From contig JAZUKI010000005.1 of NCBI GenBank assembly GCA_045643205.1, forward strand, positions 1-64,000: a DNA stretch of 64,000 nucleotides. The letters are read 5' to 3'. Of this stretch, positions 9,635 to 21,205 are shown one piece after another. The stretch is from Clostridia bacterium. Its GTDB lineage: Bacteria > Bacillota > Clostridia > TANB77 > CAG-508. The notes beneath the pieces were generated by a model. It had not been told where the DNA came from and ran no database searches. It was given only the letters and a program-made list of their open reading frames with translations. The stretch's first letter is position 1; each line of letters opens with the position of its first letter. The translations under genes were made by a program, and so were the position numbers.

Positions 9635-10723
9635 TTATTCACCTTTAACATATGCTTCTGTTCCCTTAGCTGCTTTTGCTTGAATTAAGTAATCTGAGCA
9701 TCCTTTAGGTAATTGGAATACATATTTTCCGTTGTAAATTGTTGTTTTGATTGATGAAGTACTTACTATGCTTGATCCTGTTAAGATATATGTTTTTCCA
9801 GCATATTGTAATGTTTTTCCATCTAATCCTCTAATAGCTAATGATAATCCACTAATTGTTTTTGTTCCATTAGTTGATTCTTTTAAAACTGATGTGTCAA
9901 CACTATAGTCAACAACAATCCATTCGCATCCATCTTGTAATTTAGATGCCATTTTTCTTCCTGATTCTTCAATTATTTTTTCTGCATCTGCTCCTCTAGC
10001 AATTGAGTTAACTCTGAATGGTGTGTCAACATATTCTCCATCGCTGTAAGAAGCTGCTACTGTCCATTCTCCCATATTTGCAGGTGATGCAACTGATGAA
10101 GATTTTGTTTCTACTGATGCAGTAGGTGTTGGTTTTTGTTCAATTGTGTTGTTTGATCCACCTATAGCATTTGCTATTTCGTTTCCAATTCCACCTATTT
10201 CATTTCCAACTGCATTTAATACGTTTCCTACGCTATTAAATATAGATGTCCATGATGAATTTTTGTTTGATGTATTTGTTATTGGATCAACTATTTTTGC
10301 TCCAAACCAACCTAAAGCTCCATATATAGTATTTAAGAATATGAAAACCATAATTGTTGGGATAATTGCAATAACTGATAATACGATACTAGCAATAGCT
10401 TTTCCATCACCATGTTTTTTTGTTAATCCTATGATTGCAAATATAATTGCTAATACGATAAATGTAACATTTACATATGGTATCCAGCAACATAATAATG
10501 CTAAAATACCTAATACTAATGCAGCAACACAAAATCCGTTACCTGGTACTCCATTTGTTGGAGCTGTTTGTTGATAACTAGGTTGTTGATATTCTTGTTG
10601 TTGATATGGTGGTTGTGGTACTTGATATTGTTGATATTGTCCTTGTGCTGGTTGTTCTTGTACTGGTTGAACTGGTTCCATTGGTTGCATTGGATCCATT
10701 TGATTTTGATTATTTTCGTCCAT
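9635..10723 (-). CDS. DUF4190-type membrane protein with a Q/P-rich N-terminus and an extracytoplasmic C-terminal domain
   Basis: Q/P-rich N-terminus; NGFCVAALVLGILALL...GKAIASIVLS TM pattern; beta-rich C-terminus. Confidence 0.7.
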   Translation of the reverse strand: MDENNQNQMDPMQPMEPVQPVQEQPAQGQYQQYQVPQPPYQQQEYQQPSYQQTAPTNGVPGNGFCVAALVLGILALLCCWIPYVNVTFIVLAIIFAIIGLTKKHGDGKAIASIVLSVIAIIPTIMVFIFLNTIYGALGWFGAKIVDPITNTSNKNSSWTSIFNSVGNVLNAVGNEIGGIGNEIANAIGGSNNTIEQKPTPTASVETKSSSVASPANMGEWTVAASYSDGEYVDTPFRVNSIARGADAEKIIEESGRKMASKLQDGCEWIVVDYSVDTSVLKESTNGTKTISGLSLAIRGLDGKTLQYAGKTYILTGSSIVSTSSIKTTIYNGKYVFQLPKGCSDYLIQAKAAKGTEAYVKGE

Positions 10724-10883
10724 TAATTTTTCTCCTTTAATTTATTTATTTTTAGAATTTAAAATTCATTTAAATTACATCAAATATTATAACAATAGTT
10801 TTTTTGTAATACAATAAAAATACAAAAAAAATGTAAGTTTTATTTTTATCAATCCCTTATTTCATATGGTTTATATTAAAAAT

Positions 10884-10922
10884 AAAAAAAGATAGTTTAA
10901 CTTTAAAAGTTAAACTATCTTT
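10884..10922 (-). terminator. Intrinsic terminator after rny
   Basis: Inverted repeat AAAGATAGTTTAACTT/AAGTTAAACTATCTTT with a U-tract. Confidence 0.8.
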
Positions 10923-10927
10923 AAATT

Positions 10928-12520
10928 TTATTTTGCGTAATCAATTACACGTTTTTCCCTAACTATATTAACTTTAATTTGTCCTGGATAATCCATTTCA
11001 TTTTCAATCTTTTCTGCAATTTGTCTAGCCATAATTGTCATTTGATCATCGTTAATTTTTTCAGGTTTAACAATAATTCTTACTTCACGACCTGCTTGGA
11101 TAGCAAAAGATTTTTCAACTCCATCAAATGAGTTTGCAATTGTTTCTAATGATTCCAATCTCTTAATGTATGCTTCTAATGTTTCTCTTCTAGCACCAGG
11201 TCTTGATGCTGAGATTGCATCAGCTGCCATTACTAAGTATGCTTCTGGACATTCAGCAGGTACATCTCCGTGATGTGCTTCAACACAATTAATGATTTTA
11301 TCATTTTCTTTGCATTTCTTTAAAACATCAACACCAATTTGTACGTGTGTTCCTTCCATATCATGGTCTAAAGCTTTTCCTATATCATGTAATAAACCAG
11401 CTCTAGCTGTAAGTTTTGAATCTAGCCCTAATTCATCTGCCATTATTCTAGAAAGATGTGAAACTTCGATAGAGTGCATTAAAACATTTTGTCCATAACT
11501 TGTTCTGAATTTTAATTTACCAAGTAAGTTAATTAAATCAGCATTTAATTTCATTACGCCAGTTTCCATTGATGCTCTTTCGCCTTCATCTTTAATATCT
11601 TTAGCAAGTTGTTCTTTGGCTTTTTCAACCATTTCTTCAATCTTTGCTGGATGAATTCTTCCATCATCAATTAATTTTTCAAGTGCAATTCTAGCAACTT
11701 CTCTTCTTAATGGATCAAATCCAGAAATAACAATTGTTTCTGGAGTATCATCAATAATGAATTCTACGCCTGTTAGAGATTCTAATGTTTTGATGTTACG
11801 TCCTTCTCTACCAATTATTCTTCCTTTCATTTCATCATTTGGAAGTGTAACAATTGAAATTGTTGATTCAGCTGTGTGATCAGCTGCACATTTTTGAATA
11901 GCGTAAGTGATAACTTCTTTAGCTTTATCATCTGCTGTATCATTAATTTCATTTTCCATTGCTCTAATTCTTTCAGCTTTTTCTGCAACTAACTTTTCAT
12001 CAACGATTGCAAGTAATTCTTGTTTTGCTTCTTCTTGTGATAATCTTGCAATTTTTTCTAATTGATCTAATTCGCTGTCTTTCATTTTTTGAATTTCAGC
12101 TTTAGTTTCTTCGATCATAGCTTCTTGAGATTCAATTTGCTTTAATTTCTTTTCGATTTCACTTTCTTTTTGGTCTAATACTTCTTCTTTTTTGATCAAC
12201 CTTTTTTCTTGTTGTTGAACATCGCTTCTTCTTTCTCTAATCTCTTTCTCTAAATCGTTTCTACTATTGATAATTTCTTCCTTTGCTTTAACGATTTCTT
12301 CTTTACGAATATTTTCTGCTTCTTTTTTAACTGCTTCTGCTTCTTTGTTAGCATTTTCAATTATTCTTTTTGATTCTTCTTCAGCTCCTTTTATCTTAGA
12401 TTCTGCTGTTTTCTTTCTTATTAAATAACCTATAACTAAGAATACTACTGCTGTTATAAGAAAAATAGCGATGTAAATAATAATGTTATTTTGTGGTTGT
12501 GGTTGTAATTGTTGTTCCAT
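10928..12520 (-). CDS. rny: Ribonuclease Y
   Basis: N-terminal TM, coiled coil, KH ([12 protein letters not shown]), HD (LLHDIGK). Start reassigned to the ATG after GAGGTG. Confidence 0.97.
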   Translation of the reverse strand: MEQQLQPQPQNNIIIYIAIFLITAVVFLVIGYLIRKKTAESKIKGAEEESKRIIENANKEAEAVKKEAENIRKEEIVKAKEEIINSRNDLEKEIRERRSDVQQQEKRLIKKEEVLDQKESEIEKKLKQIESQEAMIEETKAEIQKMKDSELDQLEKIARLSQEEAKQELLAIVDEKLVAEKAERIRAMENEINDTADDKAKEVITYAIQKCAADHTAESTISIVTLPNDEMKGRIIGREGRNIKTLESLTGVEFIIDDTPETIVISGFDPLRREVARIALEKLIDDGRIHPAKIEEMVEKAKEQLAKDIKDEGERASMETGVMKLNADLINLLGKLKFRTSYGQNVLMHSIEVSHLSRIMADELGLDSKLTARAGLLHDIGKALDHDMEGTHVQIGVDVLKKCKENDKIINCVEAHHGDVPAECPEAYLVMAADAISASRPGARRETLEAYIKRLESLETIANSFDGVEKSFAIQAGREVRIIVKPEKINDDQMTIMARQIAEKIENEMDYPGQIKVNIVREKRVIDYAK

Positions 12521-12623
12521 AATTTTTACACCTCTTTCTATAAAATTTTCAATGTACAATATATATAAATATAATTGTTTATTGTAATAATAATTGTTAT
12601 AAATATATAAATTTACAAATAGT

Positions 12624-12652
12624 ATTGTATAATTTTTAATGTCTTATGTCAA
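12624..12652 (-). promoter_or_regulatory. rny promoter
   Basis: TTGACA-N17-TACAAT. Confidence 0.7.
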
Positions 12653-12676
12653 GAATAAAATTTCATTATAATCAAT

Positions 12677-12714
12677 AAAATAAGAGCTTTGAATCGTTTT
12701 CAAAGCTCTTATTT
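12677..12714 (-). terminator. Intrinsic terminator after the GH13 gene
   Basis: AAATAAGAGCTTTGAA...TTCAAAGCTCTTATTT. Confidence 0.8.
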
Positions 12715-12783
12715 ATTAATCTTTCTTATATCAATATCTAAGCTTTTATATAATCAGCATCTAAACTTTTATATAAACAATAC

Positions 12784-14289
12784 TTAATCTTTTCGCATAA
12801 TCAATATGCCATATGGTGTTAAATAGTCTCGTGTTGAATTTTCTGTTGCAAAATCAATTCTGCAATTTCTTAAATCTTCATCAAAATATTCTTTTAAATC
12901 AATTTCTTTGCCTCTTGATGATCTATTTACTGCAATGTATAAATGTTTTCCTTCATCATTAAATCTATCAAGTATAAGAATGTTTTTATCGCATCTTATT
13001 ATTTTTATTTTGCCAGTGGCTAATATGTCTTTATTAGCTTTTCTAAATGTTCCTAATCTGCTAACAAATTCTGTCATGTCTTTATTTTCTTTCTTCCAAT
13101 TATATGGTTTTCTATTAAATGGATCTTTGTATCCTGTTTCTCCAATTTCTGTGCCATACATTACACATGGAATTCCTGGAAGACAATACATTATAGTTAG
13201 TGCTATTTTGGCTAACATTTCACCTATCATATAATGAATTCTATCAATTTCACTATTGTTTGCTTCAAATTCTCTAAATGCATATGTATCGAAATTTTCG
13301 CCATGACGCCAATAATCTTCAATATCCCAAATGCAATTTTTAGAAACATTTTCATTCATCTTCTCACCAGCTAACATTGTTATAGTTCTTGGTGTGTCGT
13401 GTGTTCCTACATTGTTTAGTAAAACATTCTTTACATCTTCAGGATATTCATCGTTTATTCTATTAAATATGTTATTGAAATGTTCTGTGTTTCCCCATCT
13501 AGTCCATCTCAATATTGAATCAGCCATTGGATAATTCATTACTGAATCAAGTTCGCCATTAAATATTTTAGCATTATCCCCCTTATCAGTGGCTAATCCC
13601 CACATTTCTCCAATACAAAGAGCTTGTGGATGCTTCTTTTTTATTTTTTGTAAATTTAGTAAAAATTCTTTTGATAGGTTTTCACCTAAATCTAATCTAA
13701 TTCCATCAGCTCCGTAATCTAAATAGCTTTCAGTTACTGCTAACATTATATCTTGATAATCTTTGTTTTGTGTATCAACTTCAGCCATATCTAAGAAGTT
13801 CCACCAAAAAATTTGTTTTCCTTCTTCGTCTTTTTTATACCAAGATGCATATCGAGAATCATTATAGTACTTGCTCTTTGTGCTTGTATGATTAAAAACT
13901 AAATCTACCATAATGAGTATATCTAACTCATGAGCTTTTTTACATAACTCTGAAAAGTCATCCCAATCGCCAATCCAAGGATCTATAGTAGATTGGTCGC
14001 CTACATCATAATGATGGTAAGTACTACTTAATTCTATTGGTGTAATATAAATCATGTCAAAACCTAATAACTTAATATATTCAAGTTTTGCCATTATTCC
14101 TTTTAAGTTACCACCATAGAAATAATTATTTTCATATATTCCATATTCATTAGGTTGCCAATTTGGTTCGCTATCATTCCATTTTTTTAGAATTCTGCTT
14201 TCCATTAGTTTTGGCTTTGCACCTTTTCTATAGAATCTATCTGGAATAATTTGATATGCAGTTCGTCCAATCCACTTCTCAAATTTCAT
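12784..14289 (-). CDS. GH13 alpha-amylase family (neopullulanase/cyclomaltodextrinase/amylopullulanase-like), cytoplasmic
   Basis: YQIIPDRF, DLVFNH, DGIRLD, GEMW, GTHDTPR, GIPCVMYGTE, DPFNR. Confidence 0.9.
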   Translation of the reverse strand: MKFEKWIGRTAYQIIPDRFYRKGAKPKLMESRILKKWNDSEPNWQPNEYGIYENNYFYGGNLKGIMAKLEYIKLLGFDMIYITPIELSSTYHHYDVGDQSTIDPWIGDWDDFSELCKKAHELDILIMVDLVFNHTSTKSKYYNDSRYASWYKKDEEGKQIFWWNFLDMAEVDTQNKDYQDIMLAVTESYLDYGADGIRLDLGENLSKEFLLNLQKIKKKHPQALCIGEMWGLATDKGDNAKIFNGELDSVMNYPMADSILRWTRWGNTEHFNNIFNRINDEYPEDVKNVLLNNVGTHDTPRTITMLAGEKMNENVSKNCIWDIEDYWRHGENFDTYAFREFEANNSEIDRIHYMIGEMLAKIALTIMYCLPGIPCVMYGTEIGETGYKDPFNRKPYNWKKENKDMTEFVSRLGTFRKANKDILATGKIKIIRCDKNILILDRFNDEGKHLYIAVNRSSRGKEIDLKEYFDEDLRNCRIDFATENSTRDYLTPYGILIMRKD

Positions 14290-14378
14290 CTTTTGTATCC
14301 CTTCATTTTATTATTCATTCTGCTCATTATTTATTCTGCTTATTGTTCATTTTATTTATTATTTATTTCGCTTATTTT

Positions 14379-16322
14379 TTATTCTGCTATAACTTTGTTA
14401 TCAATTTCTTCGCAAATCTTTTTAGCAAAATCTTCAACACTCATTTGACCTAAGTCTCCGCCATGTCTTGTTCTTACAGAAACTTTTCCTTCTTCAACTT
14501 CTTTATCTCCAACTACTAACATGTATGGGATTTTAGCAAGTTGTGCTTCTCTAATTTTATAACCAAGTTTTTCGTTTCTATCATCAACTTCAACTCTAAC
14601 TTTATTTTTTAATAATTGTTCTTTAACTTTTTCTGCATACTCACCATGTTTTTCATTGCTAATAGGTAGAATTTTTACTTGATGTGGTGTTAACCAAACT
14701 GGTAAATTTCCTTTTGTTTCTTCTAATAAGAATGAAATAAATCTATCAGATGATCCTAAAATTGCTCTATGAACAACAACTGGTCTATGTTCCTTTCCAT
14801 CTTCACCAATGAAGCTTAATTCAAATCTTTCTGGTAAAGCAAAATCTAATTGGCATGTTGGAATTGTTACATCATGATTTAATGCTGTTCTAATTTGAAT
14901 ATCAATTTTTGGTCCATAGAATGCAGCTTCTCCAGCAGCTTCATAGAAATCAATATTTAATTCTTTTAAGATTTCTCTTAATTGTGATTCAGCTGTTTCC
15001 CACATTTCATCATTATCTATGTATTTTTCAACATTTGCTTTATCTCTTAATGATAATCTGTATCTAAATGCATCTTCTGGGAAACCAAAATCTTTTACAT
15101 ATACTTCTTTGATTAAGTTAAGAACTCTACCAACTTCTTCTTTGATTTGATCAGGTCTTACAAATAAGTGTGCGTCATTTTGGCACATTTCTCTAACTCT
15201 TTCAAGTCCACATACTGCACCAGAATTTTCCCATCTGAAGTCATGTGCTAATTCACCAATTCTAATTGGTAAGTCTTTGTATGAATGTAATTTATTTTTA
15301 TAAACAAGCATATGGTGTGGGCAGTTCATTGGTCTTAAAACTAATTCTTCATTGTCCATTGCCATTACAGGAAACATATCATCTTTGTAGTGATCCCAGT
15401 GACCACTTGTTTTATATAGGTTAACTGTTCCAATTGATGGTGTATAAACATGTTGATATCCTAATTCAATTTCCTTATCTTGAATATATCTTTCAAGATT
15501 TCTTCTAATTGTTGCTCCATCTGGTAAATATAATGGAAGTCCTGCACCAACTAATGGGTGAGTAATAAATAAGTCTAAATCTTTTCCTATTTTTCTATGA
15601 TCTCTTTCTTTTGCTTCTTCAAGTAATTTTAAATAGTCTTCTAATTGAGAATTTTTTAAGAAAGAAATTCCATAAATTCTTTGAAGCATCTTGTTATGTT
15701 CATCACCTCTCCAGTATGCACCAGAGTTTGATAATAATTTTATGCTCTTAACTTTTCCTGTACTCATTAAATGAGGGCCTGCACAAAGGTCTGTGAAATC
15801 GCCTTGCTTATAAAATGAAATTTCTTCGCCATCAGGTAAATCATTAATTAATTCAACTTTGTATGGTTGATCTTTCATTAATTCTAAAGCTTCTTCTTTA
15901 GGTAAAGAAAATCTTTCAATAGGTAAATCTTCCTTTATTATTTTCTTCATCTCTTCTTCAATTTTTGCTTTATCTTCATCATTGAATGATTCTGGTGAGT
16001 CAAAATCATAATAAAATCCACCATCATCAATTGCTGGTCCAATAGCAAATTTTGTTTCTGGCCATAAATGAGCAACAGCTTGTGCCATAATGTGTGAAGT
16101 TGTATGCCAGTATGCTTTTTGTCCTTCTAATCCTGAATCAAAAGTCAAGATTTCAACTTCATCTCCATCTTTTAATTCATAACGTAAGTCAACGATATTT
16201 CCGTTTACTTTTCCGCATGTAGCATTTCTTGCTAATCCTTCACTAATTGATTCTGCTAAATCAATTATGCTCATACCATTGTCAATTTCTTTTTCTGAGC
16301 CATCCTTTAATAATATTTTCAT
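14379..16322 (-). CDS. thrS: Threonine--tRNA ligase
   Basis: TGS domain, DLCAGPH, RDHRKIG, LRPMNCPHH, AAFYGPKID. Start at MKILL after GAGG. Confidence 0.98.
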   Translation of the reverse strand: MKILLKDGSEKEIDNGMSIIDLAESISEGLARNATCGKVNGNIVDLRYELKDGDEVEILTFDSGLEGQKAYWHTTSHIMAQAVAHLWPETKFAIGPAIDDGGFYYDFDSPESFNDEDKAKIEEEMKKIIKEDLPIERFSLPKEEALELMKDQPYKVELINDLPDGEEISFYKQGDFTDLCAGPHLMSTGKVKSIKLLSNSGAYWRGDEHNKMLQRIYGISFLKNSQLEDYLKLLEEAKERDHRKIGKDLDLFITHPLVGAGLPLYLPDGATIRRNLERYIQDKEIELGYQHVYTPSIGTVNLYKTSGHWDHYKDDMFPVMAMDNEELVLRPMNCPHHMLVYKNKLHSYKDLPIRIGELAHDFRWENSGAVCGLERVREMCQNDAHLFVRPDQIKEEVGRVLNLIKEVYVKDFGFPEDAFRYRLSLRDKANVEKYIDNDEMWETAESQLREILKELNIDFYEAAGEAAFYGPKIDIQIRTALNHDVTIPTCQLDFALPERFELSFIGEDGKEHRPVVVHRAILGSSDRFISFLLEETKGNLPVWLTPHQVKILPISNEKHGEYAEKVKEQLLKNKVRVEVDDRNEKLGYKIREAQLAKIPYMLVVGDKEVEEGKVSVRTRHGGDLGQMSVEDFAKKICEEIDNKVIAE

Positions 16323-16356
16323 AAAATTCCTCTTTCTTGCTTGGGGTCTTTGATAA

Positions 16357-16585
16357 AACAAAAACCCCGGAGCATATTAAAATAATATACTCTGGGGTGC
16401 TATTAGCACGGTTCCACCCGGATATTTTACTTAATTGACTTTATAACGTAAGTAACACGTCTGGTTTAATTCGCCAGCCATTATAAGAAGTTAGTTTTTC
16501 AAAAGCATTTACTTGAAATAACTTTCAGCCTATGATTATTTCTCTCTAAAAGCAATCATCTTTTTACTTTGTCTTCCATTAGTTT
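16357..16585 (-). promoter_or_regulatory. T-box riboswitch leader of thrS
   Basis: Minus strand: AGAGAG and GCTGAAAG stem-I motifs, specifier loop GAAAAACTAAC, T-box GGGTGGAACCGTG, terminator CCCCAGAG...CTCCGGGG-TTTTTG. Confidence 0.92.
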
Positions 16586-16594
16586 AATGTATGT

Positions 16595-16623
16595 ATTATA
16601 CAACTCATTGGTAATATTTTCAA
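16595..16623 (-). promoter_or_regulatory. thrS promoter
   Basis: TTGAAA-N17-TATAAT directly upstream of the T-box. Confidence 0.8.
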
Positions 16624-16726
16624 GCCTTACCGCTGAATTTTATAATCTTGTTTAAATGTTTGTTTCCAAACTTTTATATTTATTTATAATATAGTTTATA
16701 TATTTAATTATTTAATTATTTAAATT

Positions 16727-18040
16727 TTATAGTTTTTCTTCGTAGCCTGGTTTCTTTAGTAGTCTAAACATATTAGTTTTATATTTTTCTACACCTGGTT
16801 GATTGAATGGATCAACCTCTAATAATTTTGCAGAAGTTGCACAAGCTTTTTCAAAGAAATAAATTAATTCTCCGATGTTCTTTGCATTTAATTCTCTAAT
16901 ATTTATTATGATATTTGGTACTCCGCCATCTGTATGTGCTGTAACTGTTCCTTCCATTGCTTTTTGATTAACATATGAAAGCTTCTTTCCTGCTAAATAA
17001 TTTAAATTGTCTAGGTTATCTTCATCTGATCTAATTGTTATGTCTGTTTCTGTTTTTGCAAAATTTAAAACAGTTTCAAACATAATCCTTTGTCCTTCTT
17101 GAATATATTGACCCAGAGAATGTAAATCTGTTGTAAATTCAACACTTGCCGGAAACAATCCTTTGTTGTCTTTTCCTTCGCTTTCGCCAAATAATTGTTT
17201 CCACCATTCTGCAAAGTAATGCATTCTTGGTTCGTAATTTGCTAATATTTCAATATTTTTTCCATCATCATAATACAAGTTTCTTAATACTGCATATTGA
17301 TAGCAATCATTATATTGTAATAATGAATCATTATATTTTTCTTCAGCATATATTGCACCATTCATTAATTCATCAATATTAATTCCGCTTACTGCTATTG
17401 GTAATAAACCAACAGGTGTTAAAACGCTGAATCTTCCACCAACATCATCTGGAATTACAAATGTTGTATATTTATCTGAATCAGCTAATTTTTTTAATGC
17501 TCCTTTTTTAGCATCAGTTGTTACATAAATTCTTTCACGTGCTTCTTTAATATCATATTTTTGATACATAATTTCTTTAAATATTCTAAATGCAATTGCT
17601 GGCTCTGTTGTTGTTCCTGATTTTGAAATAACATTAATAGAAAAATCTTTGTCTGCAATATAATTTATTACATCATTAATATAGTTAGGTACCAAATTAT
17701 TTCCAACGAAAATTACTTTAGTTTCTTTTTTATCTGTAGATGCTTCATATGTACTATGTAATGCTTCTATAACTGCTCTTGCGCCTAAGTATGAGCCACC
17801 AATTCCTATTACTAATAATACTTCTGAATCATTTCTAATTTTTTCGGCAGATTGTTTTATTTTTTTATATTCTGCTGACTTTATATATTTACTTGGAAGA
17901 TGTAACCATCCTAAAAAGTTTCCATCTTCTTTTGCTTCCATTTCTAATTCTTTGTGCACATCTGTTGTAACATCACTATGTTCTAATAGTTCCTCAAGCT
18001 TATAGCCACTAAAATTTAAATTCAATTGTATATTAGACAT
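16727..18040 (-). CDS. pgi: Glucose-6-phosphate isomerase
   Basis: [42 protein letters not shown]. Confidence 0.97.
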   Translation of the reverse strand: MSNIQLNLNFSGYKLEELLEHSDVTTDVHKELEMEAKEDGNFLGWLHLPSKYIKSAEYKKIKQSAEKIRNDSEVLLVIGIGGSYLGARAVIEALHSTYEASTDKKETKVIFVGNNLVPNYINDVINYIADKDFSINVISKSGTTTEPAIAFRIFKEIMYQKYDIKEARERIYVTTDAKKGALKKLADSDKYTTFVIPDDVGGRFSVLTPVGLLPIAVSGINIDELMNGAIYAEEKYNDSLLQYNDCYQYAVLRNLYYDDGKNIEILANYEPRMHYFAEWWKQLFGESEGKDNKGLFPASVEFTTDLHSLGQYIQEGQRIMFETVLNFAKTETDITIRSDEDNLDNLNYLAGKKLSYVNQKAMEGTVTAHTDGGVPNIIINIRELNAKNIGELIYFFEKACATSAKLLEVDPFNQPGVEKYKTNMFRLLKKPGYEEKL

Positions 18041-18100
18041 TTTTCCTCCTTAGTAAAAGATTGTTACTAACTATTAATTGTTAACTAATCTTTTTTATTA

Positions 18101-19189
18101 TTATTCACTAATTTCTTCCGATTTATTTACACTCATTACTTCGATGTATGTTCTTCCATCACTTACTTCAATTTCAGAACCATCTGCATATGTATATTTT
18201 GTTTTAGCTTTTCTATCTGATTTTGACCACTTGATTGGAACAGCTTTTCCATTTGTAATGTACCAACCTTTGCCTGAGCCTGTTGTTTGCAAATCTAAAT
18301 ATTTTCCATCAGGCATAGTTGTAAAATTAATTTTTTCAATAATTATATTTTTTGTTGAAACAACTTCTCCTGTTTCATGATCTTTGCAAATATTTTCTTT
18401 TGTTGTTTCATATCTTTCATACATTTGTGTTTCACTATTATATTTAAATGTAGTAACGTTTGAACTTCCATCGTATGGAACAACTACTTTATTTGCAATT
18501 TTTGCATCTTCTCTTTCACTTAAATTAACATCTTTTACATTATATTTTAATAAAACTGATTTGTCTGATTCTAAACTATATCCTTTTTTCTTTGCAGATT
18601 CATAAACTTTATCTGTATCAAGATATGCAGTATGTTCATATGCTAAATTTTCAGGATTTTTTCTATACATTGAGCCTTCGCCAACAATTCCTTGAACATA
18701 GTTTATAACGCCTTGTCCTTGCATTTGATCTTTTGCATAATGGCTCCAACCATAACTTGTAAATATTGCATCACTTTCATATGCATAATCTATAAAGTTA
18801 TGTCTTGCGCTTCTAATTGTTCCTACAGTAAGATTTTCTATATCTTTATACAATGCCATTAATCTACAAGTTCCACCTTCAGTTGGCATTTCATAAACAA
18901 GATATGCTTTATTTAATCCTGTTTGAACTTTTACTGCTACTGGTGTGTTGTTTACAACAACTGCTAAAGGCCTTGTTTTTGAATTGATATCAATTATATC
19001 TACTTTTTCTTCATCAACCTTTACTGGCTCTATTATATTGTTTTCTACGTTGTTTGGTTGTTCTTGAGTTGGCTGTTTATTAATTAGTACTATAGTAATT
19101 GCTACTGCTGCAATTACTATTATAAAAATAAGCATTGCAACTACTCTTTTTATATTTACTTTTTTACCATTATCAAAATGTTCAGCCAT
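18101..19189 (-). CDS. DUF3048 (YerB-like) membrane-anchored protein
   Basis: N-terminal TM; RPLAVVVNN, VYEMPTEGG, GTIRSAR. Confidence 0.85.
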   Translation of the reverse strand: MAEHFDNGKKVNIKRVVAMLIFIIVIAAVAITIVLINKQPTQEQPNNVENNIIEPVKVDEEKVDIIDINSKTRPLAVVVNNTPVAVKVQTGLNKAYLVYEMPTEGGTCRLMALYKDIENLTVGTIRSARHNFIDYAYESDAIFTSYGWSHYAKDQMQGQGVINYVQGIVGEGSMYRKNPENLAYEHTAYLDTDKVYESAKKKGYSLESDKSVLLKYNVKDVNLSEREDAKIANKVVVPYDGSSNVTTFKYNSETQMYERYETTKENICKDHETGEVVSTKNIIIEKINFTTMPDGKYLDLQTTGSGKGWYITNGKAVPIKWSKSDRKAKTKYTYADGSEIEVSDGRTYIEVMSVNKSEEISE

Positions 19190-19208
19190 ACTCAATCCCC
19201 CTATACAA

Positions 19209-19242
19209 GACAAACAAATTAATGTTACTTAATTTGTTTGTC
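19209..19242. other. Intergenic hairpin between the LCP and DUF3048 genes
   Basis: GACAAACAAATTAA-N6-TTAATTTGTTTGTC. Confidence 0.6.
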
Positions 19243-19295
19243 GCTTTTATTTATTAATTTATATTATTTTTTAATAACTAATTTAATAATTGTTT

Positions 19296-20399
19296 TTAGT
19301 AATTATTTGTTTCATAACCGCTTGCTTCTGTTTTTCCTGATTTTTCAATAATTTTCTTACTGATATTTTTAATTTCTTCAGGTACTTCATAATCTTCATC
19401 ACCAAATATTTCCTTATGAAGTTTTAAAACATTTGATTCTAGTGTAGTTGGTACTCCATACCATACTCCATCAATAGTTGCACCAGCAATAGTATATGGC
19501 CATCCAGTACTCTTAGAAATATTGAACTTAGCTAATGTTGGTACTAATCCTAATATTTCATTTTGATCTATGTTAGTACTTACTTTTGGTAAAATTTTTG
19601 CTGCTACATCTAATAATTGTGGAATGCTTATTTTCTTAGCTTTATCCATCATTGCTGCTAAAACGTTTCTCATTCTTTCAGTTCTCTTATAATCAGCTCC
19701 TGCTGTATATCTTATTCTTCCATAAGATAATGCTTGAGCACCTGTTAATGTTTGTTTTCCTGCTGAAGTTACATGTTTTGAGCCTTTTGTTGTTGGTGTT
19801 GAATCAATATACATATTTATATAATTAATTTCATTGCTTTCAATATTAATTTCTATTCCACCTAAAGCGTCAACAGCAGCTACAACAGCATCAAAGTTAA
19901 CTGTCATATATTCTTTTATATTTAAACCTAAGTTTTTGTTTAATGCTAATAAAGAATTTTGAGCTCCACCATAAGAAAATGCATGAGTTACTTTATCAAT
20001 TTTTGTTTTTCCATTCTCTTCAACTTCTAAGAATGAATCTCTATAAACAGATAATAATTTAACATCATTTGTCTCTTTATTTATACTTGCAATCATTATA
20101 CAATCTGATCTATTTCCATGATCATTGTAATCATCAGCACGTGTATCAATTCCAAATAGAGCAATATTTCTATATCCTTTTAAGTCTTCATCTGCTTTTT
20201 GATCAATACCAATTGCATTAATATCAATGTTTTCTTTCTTCATTTGTCCTAATAATGATTGAATATATCCCCATCCAGCTACTAGAACTCCTGCAAGAAT
20301 AATTATAATTACTATTAAAATTGTAGCTATTATTTTAATTGCTTTTTGAACTGGTGTTCTAGCCTTCTTTGATTTTTTATTTTTCTTATCTTTACTCAT
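19296..20399 (-). CDS. LCP (LytR-CpsA-Psr) family glycopolymer transferase
   Basis: N-terminal TM; NIALFGID, RSDCIMI, SVYRDS, YGRIR, DYKRTERMR. Confidence 0.93.
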   Translation of the reverse strand: MSKDKKNKKSKKARTPVQKAIKIIATILIVIIIILAGVLVAGWGYIQSLLGQMKKENIDINAIGIDQKADEDLKGYRNIALFGIDTRADDYNDHGNRSDCIMIASINKETNDVKLLSVYRDSFLEVEENGKTKIDKVTHAFSYGGAQNSLLALNKNLGLNIKEYMTVNFDAVVAAVDALGGIEINIESNEINYINMYIDSTPTTKGSKHVTSAGKQTLTGAQALSYGRIRYTAGADYKRTERMRNVLAAMMDKAKKISIPQLLDVAAKILPKVSTNIDQNEILGLVPTLAKFNISKSTGWPYTIAGATIDGVWYGVPTTLESNVLKLHKEIFGDEDYEVPEEIKNISKKIIEKSGKTEASGYETNNY

Positions 20400-20479
20400 T
20401 TTTTCTCCTTCGTCTACTTAGTTGTTTATTTTGTTTAATACTTTTATTTATTAATTTATTAATTTGTTTATTTGTTAAT

Positions 20480-21157
20480 TTATTTTGCACCTTTTTTGGT
20501 AAGAATTGCAAAAATTGTTTTAAATATTATTTTAAAGTCTAACCATAAATTGCAATGTTCACAATAATAATATTCTAATTCTAGTCTTTTTTCATAATCA
20601 GTAGCTGAACGACCATTGCATCCCCACCAGCCTGTTATTCCTGGTAATACTCTTTGATATATATTAGGATCTCCACCAAATTTTTCTAATTCCCCTTCAA
20701 CTAGTGGTCTAGGTCCTATTAATGACATATCTCCTATAAGTACATTAATAAATTGTGGAAGCTCATCTAATGATGTTTTTCTAATTATTTTTCCTACTTT
20801 TGTTACTCTTGGATCATTCTCTAATTTTTGATTTTTATCCCATTCTTCTTTGTATTTTGGATCTTTTAAAACTTCTTTTAAAACTTCATCTGCATTATAA
20901 ATCATTGAACGAAACTTAAATATTTTAATAGTTTTTCCTTTTCTGCCAATTCTTTTTTGTCTGTAAAAGATTGTTTTAAAATCGCCTGTGCACATGGAAG
21001 CAATCTTTAAAATTATAGTAATAGGTATTAAAAATACACAACCAATTAAAGCAAAAAGTATGTCAAATAATCTTTTTATTAAAAAATAAAAAAATCTATC
21101 TATTTTTCTACCTATACCCATCTTTTGTTTAGTATATTTATCTTCTTTTTTACTCAT
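20480..21157 (-). CDS. Priming sugar-phosphate transferase (Bac_transf)
   Basis: KRLFDI, KFRSM, DPRVT, SLDELPQ, GDMSLIGPRP. Confidence 0.93.
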   Translation of the reverse strand: MSKKEDKYTKQKMGIGRKIDRFFYFLIKRLFDILFALIGCVFLIPITIILKIASMCTGDFKTIFYRQKRIGRKGKTIKIFKFRSMIYNADEVLKEVLKDPKYKEEWDKNQKLENDPRVTKVGKIIRKTSLDELPQFINVLIGDMSLIGPRPLVEGELEKFGGDPNIYQRVLPGITGWWGCNGRSATDYEKRLELEYYYCEHCNLWLDFKIIFKTIFAILTKKGAK

Positions 21158-21205
21158 TTTTGATAACTTCTTTCCCTATAATTTAGAATTCAAAATACCT
21201 TATTT

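Noticed and set aside
9459-10900. tRNA-anchored genomic island or prophage
   Set aside because: No integrase, no repeated tRNA 3' end and no phage genes.
16323-16361. ORF-track N-terminal extensions (thrS here; also rny, adk, rpsM, ftsK, rplX)
   Set aside because: Better RBS-ATG pairs lie downstream; the thrS extension overlaps the T-box terminator.
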